This document shows, piece by piece, positions 1-23,486 of a stretch of DNA of 64,000 bases. This DNA comes from the human T2T-CHM13v2.0 reference genome, Homo sapiens, in the NCBI RefSeq assembly GCF_009914755.1, contig NC_060947.1; one strand, 5' to 3'. A program made the translations under genes and the position numbers. The notes under the pieces were generated by a model. It made no database searches and was not told the origin of the DNA. It was given only the letters and a program-made list of their open reading frames with translations. Positions within the stretch are counted from its first letter, which is position 1. Every line of letters starts with the position of its first letter.

Positions 1-1084
1 AATACTTAAGCAGCTTCTAGAAAGAATGATATAAATCATGTACTGACATGGAAAGATATCCAAAATATGCTAAGTTTAAAAAGCAAATTGCAAAATAGCA
101 CATATGGTCTGATCCCCTTTGTAAAAATAGATGCTTAATTGTACTTATTTAAAAAAACACGATGGTCAGGCACAGCGGCTCACGCCCGTAATCCCAGCTA
201 CTGGGGAGGCTGAGGCAGGAGAATCTCTTGACCCCGGGAGGCGGAAGTTGCAGTAAGTCAAAACCAGTCCAGGCGACAGAGTGAGACCCTGTCTCAAAAA
301 ACAAAAGGACTAGACACGCAGCTCTTTTTACTGAATATTCATTAAATGTTTCCTCAACTTCAGATGCAGAAGGTTAAATTGATCATACTACTCAGTTTAT
401 CATACATATAAAAACTCTCCTCCCATTTTTTTCCTTCATTCACAAACACTATTCCCCTCACTGATGCCATTCTAATATGCATAATAAATGTCATTAAATA
501 TCCATGTTCTCTCACACTGTATGTAATGCGCTTTTCTGTGCAGAAAAGAGGTTCAGGTTGTCCATTGCACAAGAGCCTTACAAAGCAGTGCTATTCACAA
601 TCACAGATATCTTAATATCTGTGATTTTTTTTTTTTTTTACAATTCAAAGACTCTAAGTTTAAGAACTCAGGGATTTCAGATTGGTGATTTCAATATGAC
701 CATACACGACCAATTCAACATCCTGTTTTCTCAGTTCTTTGAGGAAAAGCGAGTTTGGTGAGTATCAGGAGCTGTTTTTGGCATGTCATAACAATTGAAA
801 AGGCTATTTGTCATCCAAGTACAGGTTCTCCTTAAAGCATTGAAAGAAGTTAGAAATTATTTGACAAAAACTGAACAGTACTATTTAAGAAAAATTTATT
901 AATAATGCTAAACGAATTGTATGGTCTCTTAAAATTGACACCAACTTCTCCAGTATAGAAACACTAGAAAAAGGCAAAATACAATTCATTTCAACTGTAT
1001 ATCTGAGCCCATATATGATCTATATAACCCCACAGAGCCAATCTATGATCAATTTCAAATTCAACTTTTTAAAATATTATATAA

Positions 1085-1444
1085 ATTCCTTATAAATTCT
1101 GGATATTAGACTTTTGACAGGTGCATAGTTTGCAAATATGTTCTCCCATTCTGTAGGTTGTCTGTTTACCCTGTTGATAGTTTCTTTTGCTGTGCAGAGG
1201 TTCTTTAGTTTAATTAGATCTCACTTATGAATTTTTGTTTTTGTTGCAATTACTTTTGAAGTCTTCACCATGAAATTTTTCCCAGGGCCTATGTTGAGAA
1301 TGGTATTCTATTGGGTACTATCTTCATTACCTGGGGCAATAATCTGTATACCAAACCCCTGTGACATGCAATTTACCCATGTAACAAACCTACCCATGCA
1401 CTCCTGAACCTATTATCAAAATAAAAGTTGGAAAAAGAAAAAAA
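1085..1444. mobile_element. L1 (old L1P/L1M-type) with 5' inversion: minus-strand ORF2 piece about 1085-1308, plus-strand 3' end about 1308-1444
   Basis: Antisense L1 ORF2 text (ctggatattagac..tttgcaaat..ttctcccattctgtaggttgtc) joined directly to a sense L1 3'UTR and A-tail. Confidence 0.8.
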
Positions 1445-1452
1445 TCATTCCT

Positions 1453-1478
1453 ATCACGTCGGGGTCAATGGGCATTTT
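1453..1478 (+). other. 3' fragment of tRNA-Trp(CCA) plus putative pre-tRNA trailer, fused to an Alu
   Basis: ATCACGTCGGGGTCA (15 nt) equals the recalled 3' end of human tRNA-Trp-CCA. It is followed by ATGGGCA-TTTT and then the Alu start at 1479. Confidence 0.55.
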
Positions 1479-1707
1479 GGCCAGTCGCGGTGTCTCACGC
1501 CTGTAATCCCAGCACTTTGGGAGGCCAAGGCAGGCAGATCACCTGAGGTCAGGAGTTCGAGACCAGACTGGCCAACATGGTGAAACTCCGTCTCTATTAG
1601 AAATACAAAACTTATCTGGGCATGGTGGCCCACGCCTGTAATCCCAGCTACTCGGGAGGCTGAGGCAGAGGTTGCAGAGCAAGGCTCTGTCTCAAAAGAA
1701 AAAAAAA
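1479..1707 (+). mobile_element. Alu (S-type) with right-arm deletion
   Basis: GGCCAGTCGCGG..TGTAATCCCAGCACTTTGGGAGG, A-tail, flanking direct repeat AAAAAAATCATT. Confidence 0.95.
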
Positions 1708-1731
1708 TCATTGTATAAAATATCATATTTA

Positions 1732-2556
1732 GCTCTTTTCTGGCTGAAACCATACAGGGTGTCAAAGAGAAGAAGTTTCCTGCTGTTCCAGAAACCCTTA
1801 AGAAAAAGTGGAGGAATTTCGCAGAGCCCGAGAGAGAAGTTTGCCCAAAAGATGCTTTGAAAGGCAAGGAGGAAGCTTTTGTAGGAAAAAAATGAAGCAC
1901 TATCACAAGGAATATAGACAAATGTACAGAGCTGAGAGTAAAATAGCTAGGATGGCAAGAAAAGCTGGCAACTTTCTATGTACCCACAAACCCAAATTGG
2001 CATTTGTCATCAGGATCAGAGGTAGCAATGCTCTGAGCCCAAAGGTCCGAAAGGTGTTGCAGCTTCTTCGCCTTCGTCAAATCTTCAATGGAACCTTTGC
2101 AAAGCTCAACAAGGATTCAATTAACATGCTGATGATTGTAAAACCATATATTGCATGGGGGTACCCAAAGCTGAAGTCAGTAAATGAGCTAATCTACAAG
2201 CGTGGTTATGGCAAAATCAATGAGAAGTGAGTTGCCTTGAGAGATAACACTTTGATTGCTTGATCTCTTGGTAAATACAGTATCATCTGCAGGGAGGATC
2301 TTGTTAATGAGATCTATACTGTTGGAAAACACTTCAAAGAAACAAATAACTTCATGTGGCCCTTCAAATTATCCTCTCCAAGAGGTGGGATGAAGAAAAA
2401 GACCACCCATTTTGTAGAAGGTGGAGATGCTGGCAACAGGGAGGACCAGATCAACAGCCTTCTTAGAAGAATGAACTAAGGTGTCTACTGTGATTATTTT
2501 TCTAATCTGGTCAGTTAATAAACAGTACGTGCTTTCAAATTGAAATAGATGAGTAA
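1732..2556 (+). pseudogene. RPL7: RPL7 processed pseudogene
   Basis: Intronless RPL7 homology ([39 protein letters not shown]). Pyrimidine-rich TOP-like 5' end, start codon decayed to ATA (1752), premature TGA at 2228 and 2261, native stop RMN-TAA at 2477-2479, AATAAA at 2517. Exact 17-bp TSD ATAAAATATCATATTTA at 1715-1731 and 2557-2573. Confidence 0.96.
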
Positions 2557-2605
2557 ATAAAATATCATATTTAAAGGAAAAATTTATAATAAAGATTATA
2601 ATGGC

Positions 2606-3365
<760 letters not shown>

Positions 3366-3580
3366 ATTGCCTTTACAGTGTTCTAAAAAACATATATAAC
3401 TTAAGTATTATAAAATAATAATATAAACTAATAATAAAATTAACAAATACATCTACAAAAATTTTACAACTGAAATGACTGATGAAAATATATATGGAGT
3501 GTGATATTGATGATTTTTAATGTGTGAGGAACTAAAATCTGGAACTAAAAAGTTGATTACTAAAATCTAGTGAGAGTCTA

Positions 3581-3931
<351 letters not shown>

Positions 3932-4399
3932 TTATCAGGTACATTTGCAAATAGCTCATGAGCTCTCAGGACATATTAATTTTGTCAACAATGGCCACCA
4001 TTAAAGAATGTATCTTCCCAAAATTAAAATTTATTAAGAACTACTTAATATGTACAATGTTAAAAGACTGTCATATATAGTGACAAGCAAGCAAGCAAGC
4101 ATTGAAACTGCCGTAAAGAATTTTGTTTTGATAAAAGCAAAATGTGAAACTATTTTATAATAAATTATTATATCCTGGTGGCTTTGAGTTCCTAATTGTG
4201 ATTAAATTTTGGGATTGTCTATACCTTTGTGTTCAATATTTGATTTGTACAATTTATTCAAAATGAGTATATGGGTTTTGTAACCATTCTTATTGGAAAA
4301 TAAATAGAATATTAATTGTTTTCTTCTACTTGAGGAAGAAATAGGGCTTTTTGTTTGTATTGTTTTATTTTCACACAGGAATAATATGGCCTAGCAGTG

Positions 4400-7022
<2,623 letters not shown>

Positions 7023-7299
7023 AAATGCCAGTCAAAATGTCCATGACCTCCTCTATGTTAGTGCTATTGTGGGTGTATTGGGAAATTGTGGGAGACTTTT
7101 TCTTTTTAAATTATGTATTTCCATAGCATTTCATTTTATACAGTAAGAATGTATTGCCTTTTTAACCAGAACAAAACAATTGTAAGATGATACATTCCTG
7201 TATGACATGAAAAGGAGAAAAAGGTCATAACATAGACACTATTTTAGTGTCTGAGTGTGTATAGAAAAACTTCTGAAAAGACATACATCAAAATGTTAA

Positions 7300-7612
7300 C
7301 AGTTATGAACTACTGATATGCCCAACAACATGGATTAATCTCATGGATGTAACTTTGAACAAAAGAGGACAGACATAAAAGAGTAAATACTGTATAATTC
7401 CATGCAGATAAAGTTCAAAAACTGGTAAAACTAATCTACAATGATACAAATCAGAATAGTGGTTCTTTCTGGTGAATGGTATAGACTGTGGAGGGGCACG
7501 AGGGCACTGTCTGTGTTGATGGCAGTATTCTGGGTGATGAGTACACAAGTCTATTTATATGTAAAAATTCATTAGGATTTACAGTATGCAAGTTATCCTT
7601 TAATAAAAAAAT
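7300..7612 (+). mobile_element. L1M 3' end fragment
   Basis: caacatggattaatctc..aaatactgtataattcc..aaaactaatct, ending in aataaa/A-tail. Confidence 0.7.
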
Positions 7613-8022
7613 AAAAGCCAGGCACAGTGGCTCACGCCTGTAATCCCAGCACTTTGGGAGGCTGAGGTGGGTGGATCACGAGGTCAGGAGATCGAGACCA
7701 TCCTGGTCAACATGGTGAAACCCATCTGTACTAAAATTACAAAAAAAATTAGCCGGGCATGATGGTGTACACCTGTAATCCCAGCTACTCAGGAGGCTGA
7801 GGCAGGAGATTCTCTTGAACCTGGGAGGCGGAGGTTGCAGTGAGCCGAGATCACACCACTGCACTGTAGCCTGGGTGGCACAGTGAGACTCCATCTCAAA
7901 AAAAAATAAAAAATAAAAACACTGCAGTGAGCTATGATTGTGCTACTGCACTCCAGCTTGGAAAACAACAGTGGGAGTATGTCTCTAAAATAAATAAATA
8001 AATACAAACAAAATGTTAGTAA

Positions 8023-8346
<324 letters not shown>

Positions 8347-9109
8347 TAGGGTACATGTGCACAACATGCAGGTTTGTTACACATGTTATTATTCTATTCT
8401 TTATATCTTTCTTTGTTGCCTATTGCTTGTCATAAGAAAGTGTTACTTTTGTAAGCAGGGAAAAGAAATGCCATGGTGTTTGCGCAAGAATGAAGTACTT
8501 TGAGACTCATAGGATATATAGCTTTAATTCATGCACTCCTAGAATTGGTGATATTCTGGGAAGAGGAAGACCAATTTGACTGCCATTGCCACAATCCAGG
8601 CAAGGGAAAAGAGGACCTGGGCTGCAGCCGTGAGATGCAAATGAGGAAACAAAAACCCAGACTGATAAAGGGGGTAGGCTTGACAGGAAATGGGTATCAA
8701 AGAAAGTGAATGTTGTCAGCAAACGGATGTTGAATGGGAAGAGAGAAGGAAGAGTCTAGATGATTCTTTACTTTCTGGTTCAGCTGAATGAAATGCAGAA
8801 CTACCATTCAGTAGGCCTGGGAAAGAAGGGAAAGGGGTCCACGGAAAGACTCTGAGTATGTTTTCAAATCTGTCAATTGTAGGGTATCTATGGGCTATCA
8901 AATGGAGGTATCCAGAAGAAACTGGATACATTAGAATCTGGTACTCAGGAGAAATATCTGGAAATGTGTTCCGTGAGTCATTTCCATACAAGTAGTAGTT
9001 GAGGTCATGTATACGAATGAAATTCCTTAGGGAGTGTGTTCTTCTGTGGTTCCAAAACTTAATATGCATCAGAATCACCTGAAGATTTTAATAAAAATGA
9101 AAATTCTCT

Positions 9110-9290
9110 GGGGGTGGGAGGCAAGGGGAGGGTGAGCATTAGGACAAATACCTAATGCATGCAGGGCTTAAAACCTAGATGATGGATTGATAGGTACAGC
9201 AAACCACCATGGCACACATACCTACATAACAAACCTGCATGTTCTGCATAGGTATCCCAGAACTTAAGGTAAAATAAAAAAAAGAAAATT
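9110..9290 (+). mobile_element. L1PA 3' end fragment
   Basis: gcattaggacaaatacctaatgcatg..aaacctgcat..cagaacttaa plus A-tail. Confidence 0.88.
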
Positions 9291-9719
9291 ATCCACCACC
9301 AACTTCCAATATTCTGTTTCAATAATACAACAACAATAACTAATAATAATAATACAGAATTTTTGGAGGAGTCCTTACTTTGTCATAGGCACCATTTTAA
9401 GCATCATATAACCATTATCTCATGCAGTTGCCCAAGTAGTCCTATGAGGTAGGTACAATCTGCATTTTTAGCAAGCAGCCCAAGAGATTATGATCCACTT
9501 TAAGCAACATTGGTATTTTCAGATGACAAAAAATAAAAGCTAAAATGATGATGAACATCAACATTCAGTGGGAAGCTTGAGTAAAATGAGCCAGAGAGCA
9601 GAATGAGATGGAATGACAAAGCAGGTAGGAGGGGCCAGGTGCGGTGGCTCAGGCGTGTAATCCCAGCATTTTGTGGGGCTGAGGTGAGCAGATCGCTTGA
9701 GCTCAGGAGTTCAAGATCA

Positions 9720-9953
<234 letters not shown>

Positions 9954-10109
9954 TCATGGGACATGCGTTCGTTTTCCCTTTCACACACACTCTCTCTCTC
10001 TTCATTTCAAGTTATGAGTACACGTAAGGCATTCACTTTAGCTCCTTCTACTTTCTTCCTTTATTCAGGTAACCACTACTGTGAGGTTGAGGTGTTTTCT
10101 AACAGTAGG

Positions 10110-14917
<4,808 letters not shown>

Positions 14918-15295
14918 TTATAATGGAATATTACTTAGTCATAAAAACGAATGAAGTTACCAATACAGGCTACATCATGAATGAATCTTTAAAGCATTAT
15001 GTTAAACAGACAGACACAAAAGATCACACACTGTATGACTCCATTTTTATTTATTATCTGGAACAGGCAAATCCATACAGATAGAAAGTACATTAGTGGT
15101 TGCCAGGGGCTCAGGGGGAGGGGAGAATGAGGGATTTCTTTCAGGGTTTCTTCATAGGATGTTATTTGGTAAAGGGTTTCTAAAGTTGATTGCAGTGATG
15201 CTGGCACATGTCTGTGAGTATACTAAAAATCTGAATTGTACACTTTAAGTGGGTTAATTGTATGATGTGTAAATTATATCTCAATAAAGCCGTTT
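14918..15295 (+). mobile_element. L1MB-type 3' end
   Basis: aatggaatattac..tgtatgactccattt..ttagtggttgccagggg..tatatctcaataaagc. Confidence 0.8.
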
Positions 15296-16143
15296 ACATA
15301 TATATTTACATATATATATTTAAATAAGAGATGGAGTCAACATCACCAATACCCTCATATAGCCAAGACAATTTTTTAAGAGAACAAATTTTACTCATAA
15401 GATATGAAGTCATACTGTAAAGCTATAATAATTAAATAAGTGTGGTGCTGATTTGGGATTAGGTGAGCAAATCACTAGTGCCCAGAAACTAACCCATGCA
15501 TTTGTGGAAATTTGGGTTATAATATTTCAAATCAATAGGGAAAGAAGACTGACTCCTCAATAAATGAGACTGAGACAATTTGCTATCTATCTGGAAAAAG
15601 GTAAATTTCTACTTCCTACCACACACACACACAAATTTCAGAAGGGATGGATTAAATATTTATATGTATAAAACCCAATTAAAATTGTATTTAAAGAACA
15701 TGTAAGAGAATATGTTTTTTACCTTGAGGTAAGGAATAGCTCTCTAAAAAGAACCAAAACAAACAAACAAAAAAGCAACCAAAATCACAAACAGTAGGCT
15801 TCCTTAAATTGCATCCCAGAATTAGGCAGATTTACTAAAGTGAACACTGCCAACCCTTTAATGACGAGTGCACCCATCCTCCAATTTCTGGGAGTGCTGC
15901 TGCTAACAGCTTATAAATGAAACCTTCTCCATAAACTTGCACTCAGCTGTTGGGAAATACCTTGTTCTATTAGTTTTCTATTGATGCAGTAACAAATTGC
16001 TACAATCTTAGTGACTTAAAAAAAAACACATGTATTATCTTACAGTTCTGTAGAAGTCCAACATGGGTCTTTCTGGGCTAAAATTAAGACAGAGGATAAA
16101 GTAACTAGGTGCCATCTTGGAAGCAGAGATCAAGCCCTCACCA

Positions 16144-16693
16144 TGTCAGAGGCGTTTGAACCAGAGCAACTCCATCTTGAATAGGAGCAGGGTAAAATAA
16201 GGCTGAGACCTACTGGGCTGCATTCCCAAGAGGTTAAGGCATTCTTAGTCACAGGATGAGATAAGAGGTTGGCACAAGATACAGGTCATAAAGACCTTCT
16301 TGATAAAACAGTCTGCAGTAAAGAAGCTGGCTAAAACCCACCACAACCAAGATGGCAATGAAACTGACCTCCGGTCATCCTCACTGCTACACACCCACCA
16401 ACACCATGACAGTTTACAAATGCCAAAGCAACATCGGGAAGTTACCCTCTATGGTCTAAAAACGGGAGGCATGAATAATTTACCCCCTTGTTTAGCATAT
16501 AATCAAGAAATAACCATAAAAATGGGCAGTGCCCTCGGGGCTGCCCTGCCTATGAAGTAGCCATTCTTTTATTCCTTTACTTTCTTCATAAACTTACTTT
16601 CACTTTGCCCTATGGACTTGCCTCAAATTCTTTCTTGCACGAGATCCAAGAACCCTCTCTTGGGGTCTGGATCGGGACTCATTTCCAGTAACA
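16144..16693 (+). mobile_element. MER41 solo LTR (MER41A-like), inserted in an MST/MLT1A fragment (about 16095-16822)
   Basis: TGTCAGAGGCGTTTGAACCAGAGCAACTCCATCTTG..GTAACA termini; 4-bp TSD ACCA at 16140-16143 and 16694-16697. Confidence 0.92.
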
Positions 16694-16824
16694 ACCAGAC
16701 ACCAAACCTGTCCATTCCTTGATCTTGGATTTTCCAGATTCTGGAACCATGAGAAATAAATCTCTGTTGTTTATAAATTACCTAGTCTGTGGTATTTCAT
16801 TATAACAGCACAGACTAAGACACC

Positions 16825-17242
16825 AAGTTACCATTACCATTGTGTTAGCTAATTGGCTTTATCCAGGGGAAAAATAAACTTCTCATATCTTTACGACAGG
16901 AGGTGATTCTGACACTTGGAGTAAGATGGCGACCAAAGTTAGGCTGCTACCCTCCCACAGGAACTGGGAAATGAGGGTGCTTTCTCCCTTGATGTCTACA
17001 TTTCAAAGAGATGACTCTTAGGTCCATTCTTGAGAAAGACATTTGTGGGTCACAAAGATGGCAAAAGACCTACTTAGTCTGCAAAAGGATTTATGTACAT
17101 TTAAAAGAGAGGAGAAAGTACTTACAATTATAAGTTTTCTCAAGTAAATGTTCTGGAAAAAAAGGAGGGGAGAGAAATCTCATACCTTATTTTCAATGGG
17201 AGTAATTAAGCCTCTTATTGTTAATTTGTATCTGTCCTTACA
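16825..17242 (-). mobile_element. 3' LTR (MER67-like, truncated) of a class I provirus
   Basis: Minus strand starts TGTAAGGACAGATACAAATTAAC, preceded by the purine tract AGGCAGGAGAT. Clearly homologous to 28080-28315. Confidence 0.8.
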
Positions 17243-17511
17243 ATCTCCTGCCTGTGTTACTATAAAATAGTAACGTGAACATTTTTTTAGTTATCTTTAT
17301 TGTGGTTTTTTTCCCTTTCTCTGGGCAGTTGTAGCCATCTAAAATCAGCAAATCTGTAGTAAAATACAAAGCAAAACAATTATTAGAAGCATGATAGAAC
17401 ATCAGAATTACTAAATTTGTAGAAAGTGAATTTTTTAGAAATTTTTATCTGCCTTGGGGAAATAACCTTTGAATATATTATACTAATGCTGAATAGTTAA
17501 ATCTGAGTTTT

Positions 17512-18645
<1,134 letters not shown>

Positions 18646-19067
18646 AGAGTCTTGATTAGCAATGAAAAAATGTTTTAGTCATACATTAATTTTATAAAGT
18701 GTTGTGATGTCTTTATTGCTTGTACTTTCAAATGATTAACTATGGAGCATTATTTTGTAGTTCCTCATGAAGTCTTGCCCAATCCAGGCCTATAGAGTAG
18801 CTTAACTCAGGACCCTGCTAATTTCAAATTTTAATTAACAGTTTTTCTTTGATGCCCCAATAAATTTCTCCTGAGTTTCCATCAATTACATGAGTAACAT
18901 CACATTTACATGGTAATTTAGGCTGTTCAGTGATTGCTCCATTTCCTAAATAATTTTAAGATGAGAAGTAGAAAGAAATCCATGGCCATCATCTAGTTAA
19001 AAGTCTTACGAGGCACTGATTTTAGAGTACGGATTGAACTTCTAGTGTTTAATGTGCACAACTTTAA

Positions 19068-19430
<363 letters not shown>

Positions 19431-20871
19431 TAAGCCTTAAGGAAAAATCCATCTTATGGGCCATTTTTTCCATTGGTCTAAATAGTTATATAATTAAAGC
19501 AGTCAGCTAAATCTCTATAAATAACAGGCATCCACCTTTGTTTATCCACCCATACTGGAGAAAACCTGCCTCCCAATGTTAGTAGTGACACTATATCTGT
19601 CTTTTGTAGTTGCTAGTAATCTGTAGGTACCAGATTTCTGTTCATCTGTTAATTAGATATTTTTCTTTTCTATGTCATTCTTTCAATCAAGCCAGTTGAT
19701 AAAACATTTTTGTGTTAAAGTTAGAACTTGAGTACCTGGATGCATACTAATTACTTTAACTTTGTTATTATCAAAAATTACTAATGAGGATGATCTCACT
19801 TGTACTCGGCCAGTAATCCAGAGCATATCCACAATGGGAGTACAATTTAGAGCTCATTGGAAATACATGTTTGGAGGAACCATTACTGGGAATGCAGAAA
19901 TTTGGTGTAATAATGTTTGCTTTCCAATAAATGTGATTCTTTATTGTGGTGATTCAAATAACCTCTGTCTGAGTAGTACTATGAGAATAGCAATCAATTT
20001 TTTAGAACACATCTTTTTGAGGCAAGAGAATCATTAGAATCTGGGAGGCAGAGGTTGCAGTGACCGAGATCACGCTATTGCACTCCAACACTCCAGTCTG
20101 GGGGACAGAGTGATACCAAGTCTCAAAAAAATTTTTTTAAAAATAAAGAATACCTCTTTTCAGTTGAGTTCAGTACCAATATCCATTACTCTAGTGAAGT
20201 TCTTTGTGGGAACAACTGTCTAGTCCTCCTGCAGTGCTGGTTTCACATAGAAAGCATGAATCCAGCTATGGTTCTCCTTCACTTTGATAGCAGTATGAGT
20301 GATCAGCAGCACCTGAAAGGGTCTCTCCCAATAGAGTGACAACCTGTCTTTCCTTTGAAATACCTTTATGTGGATGAAGTCTCCTATCCTATAAGGGTGG
20401 CAGACTGACTCAGGCAAGTCCTTATGACTGTAAGTCTCAGGGTTTCTAGGGAAAAGAGAAGGCCTTTTAACTATTGAACATGATTATGACAGGATTCAGT
20501 TAAATTGGGAACAGAACATGGTCTCAGACCCAAGTTCATAGGCCTGCCAACCATAAGTTCAAAGGGAGAGATACTATGCTTGCTTGCAGGGGTCACTCTA
20601 ATTTTTGATAAGGTTAGTGGCAAAGCTCTAAGCCATTTTAACATGTTAGATTACTAAATCTTGGCCAAATAGCTTTTTAGAGTTTGATTTATTCACTCTA
20701 CTTGTCCAAAGGACTGAGGCTTATAGGAATCTGCACACATTTGGCATAATTCCTGGGCAACAGTAGAAGTAAAATGACTTCCTCTGTCCTAGTCAATGTG
20801 CTCTGGTATCCCAGAAGTGGAAATTGTGAGTTTTAAGAGAACCTTTACCACTGTCTGAACAACAGCTTTTT

Positions 20872-21312
20872 ATTTTTATTTTTATTTTATTTTAAGTTCT
20901 GGGATACATATGCAGGACGTGCAGGTTTGTTACATAGGTGTACACGTGCCATGGTGGTTTGCTGCACCTATCAACCCATCATCTAGGTTTTAAGCCCTGA
21001 ATGCATTAGGTATTTGTCCTAATTGCTCTCTCTCCCCTTGCCCCCCACCCCCCAACAGATCCCACTGTGTGATGTTCCCCTCCCTGTGTCCATGTGTTCT
21101 CACTGTTCAACTCCCACTTATGAGTGAGAACATGCGGTGTTTGGTTTTCTGTTCCAAACATCAGCTTTTTAAATTTTATTTGATTGTGGTAAGAACATTT
21201 AACAAGAGATCTACCCTCTTAACAAATTTTTGAGAGTACAATATAGTATTACTGGTTATAGGCACAATGTTGTATGGTAGACCTTTAGAGTTTATTCATC
21301 TTGCTTAACTGA
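20872..21312 (-). mobile_element. Two stacked L1 3' fragments (L1PA about 20872-21155; L1MA about 21171-21312) inside the ERV integrase
   Basis: T-tails with L1 3'UTR text; CAGCTTTT target repeated three times. Confidence 0.85.
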
Positions 21313-21717
21313 AGATCAGCTTTTGAAGACAGAAAGATTTCAGGCCATCCAAATGTCACACATACCACAACTAGACAATATCTCTTACCGAAATCTAACT
21401 GCCACCACGTTCCTGGTAAAGCTGGTTAGACAGAACTTCCTGTGCTTATATTTGGAGTGGCCCGTAAAGAATAGCACATCAATAGCATACATTACATAGC
21501 ATAACTCTTTAATATGTTGTGAATAATTTTATCTTTTTGGTAGGCCTAGTAGGGGTCTAATGCCTTTAAAATTCCTCTTTTGTTCAGATAATTTTGTCAA
21601 TGACACACCACCACTAACCAAGCAAATTGGGACTGAAGTATAGGAATTACTGTTGGGTAATTCCCACAGTCCAATCAAATTTCTTTTAGCTCCTTTTTCA
21701 ATTCATTTGCTCATTTA

Positions 21718-22092
<375 letters not shown>

Positions 22093-22740
22093 TCATCTAA
22101 AAAATAAAAATAAATAATAAATAAAAGCAGCTTTTACAGCTCTATCAGCAAAATGAATTACTGGTATCTGAGAAAGCAGGTGTAAAGTCCCTAACAAATC
22201 AGCTATCAACTTTCCATGTGATTTTTTTAGTTGTTATTGAAGTCAAAAATCCTCTGTTTAAAAAAAGTTCTCTGTTGCATGACAGACATCAAACATATAT
22301 TTATTATGTATATATTTTTATGTTTATTTTTAGTCCAGAACTAAGAATTGCAGTTCTACTAACTGGTATTAACTCATCTGCTTATGCAGACTTAATTGCA
22401 GATAAAGCATAAGCTTCCGAAGCTGCGTGATAAGTCACTGCAGCTAGGAAGCTTTTTGAGTGGCCACTTTTAGCCATACTACATTACCAATTGATAAACA
22501 TTATTATATCATCATTTTGAACAGGAATATTACATAAATCACGTCAGATTTTTCAAACTTTGGACATTTCAAAGCTAAGAGAGAGGCTATCCCCAATTTC
22601 CCTTGTTCAAAAGTCTCTTCAGATTCTAGGGACCAAACGAGAAGATCTGAAGGATTATCATGTAGTTGCTCCATCAGAGGTTTTGCCCACTCTGCAAAAC
22701 CTGGAATCTACTCTCTTTGGTACTGCATTAGTACCAAAAC

Positions 22741-23098
22741 TGTGTCTAAGTCCATTTGGGCTGTTATAACAAAATGCCATAAACTGGGTAGCTTACAAAC
22801 AACAGGCATTTATTAATCACTTTTTGGGAGGCTAGAAAGTACAAGATCAAGATGCTGGCAAATTCAGTGTCTGGTAAGGATTCACTTCCTCATAGATGGT
22901 GCCTTCTGGTTGCATCCTCACATGGTGGAAGGAGCCAGGAAGCTCTCTGAGGCCTCTTTTATAATGGCATTCATCCCATTCATTAGGGCAACACCCTAAT
23001 CACCTCCAAAGGCCCCATTTCTAATACCATCACATTGGAGATTAGAGTTCAACATACGAATTTGGGAGAGAATGGGACATAAACATTCTAACCATAGC
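22741..23098 (-). mobile_element. MaLR solo LTR (MLT1A/MST-like) inside ERV pol
   Basis: tgtctaagtccatttgggctgttataacaaaatgccat..aacattctaaccatagca. Confidence 0.85.
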
Positions 23099-23486
23099 AC
23101 TACATTTGGCTGTTAGATCTGCAAAATGAGATGACCCCTAGATTATACCACTCTAAGGCCCACAGCTGAACACAGATGCCTTAAATAGTTTACTCAGAAA
23201 AGCAATGTTGCAATTTATCTAGTGAGGCCTTATGCCCTTGTGAAGCAAAGAATTGTAACAAAGCCAAAGTGTTAGTTTTGCATTGCTCTTTAGTTTCTGA
23301 GGCTACCAGCAAAATCATCTATATTTTGAAAAATTATAGATCCTTCTGGTGAAACAAATTTATCTAAGTGTTTCTGTAAATGACTAGAGAAAACATTAGG
23401 GGAGTCTCAAAACCCTTGAGGAATTGTCTGCTATAAGTATCAGACTCCTTTATGAGCAAGTAAGAATTTAGACTTGTCCACTTATA

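Noticed and set aside
1450-1470. tRNA-Trp match as a retroviral primer binding site
   Set aside because: On the minus strand the required TGG (complement of CCA) is absent and there is no adjacent LTR.
1808-2230. 140-aa RPL7-like ORF as a coding gene
   Set aside because: Start codon lost, frameshifted N-terminus, premature stops, and an exact TSD indicate a dead retrocopy.
17282-17511. Extension of the RAN retrocopy to the T-run at 17282
   Set aside because: RAN homology and the putative TSD end near 17512; this stretch fits an env TM remnant next to the proviral PPT better.
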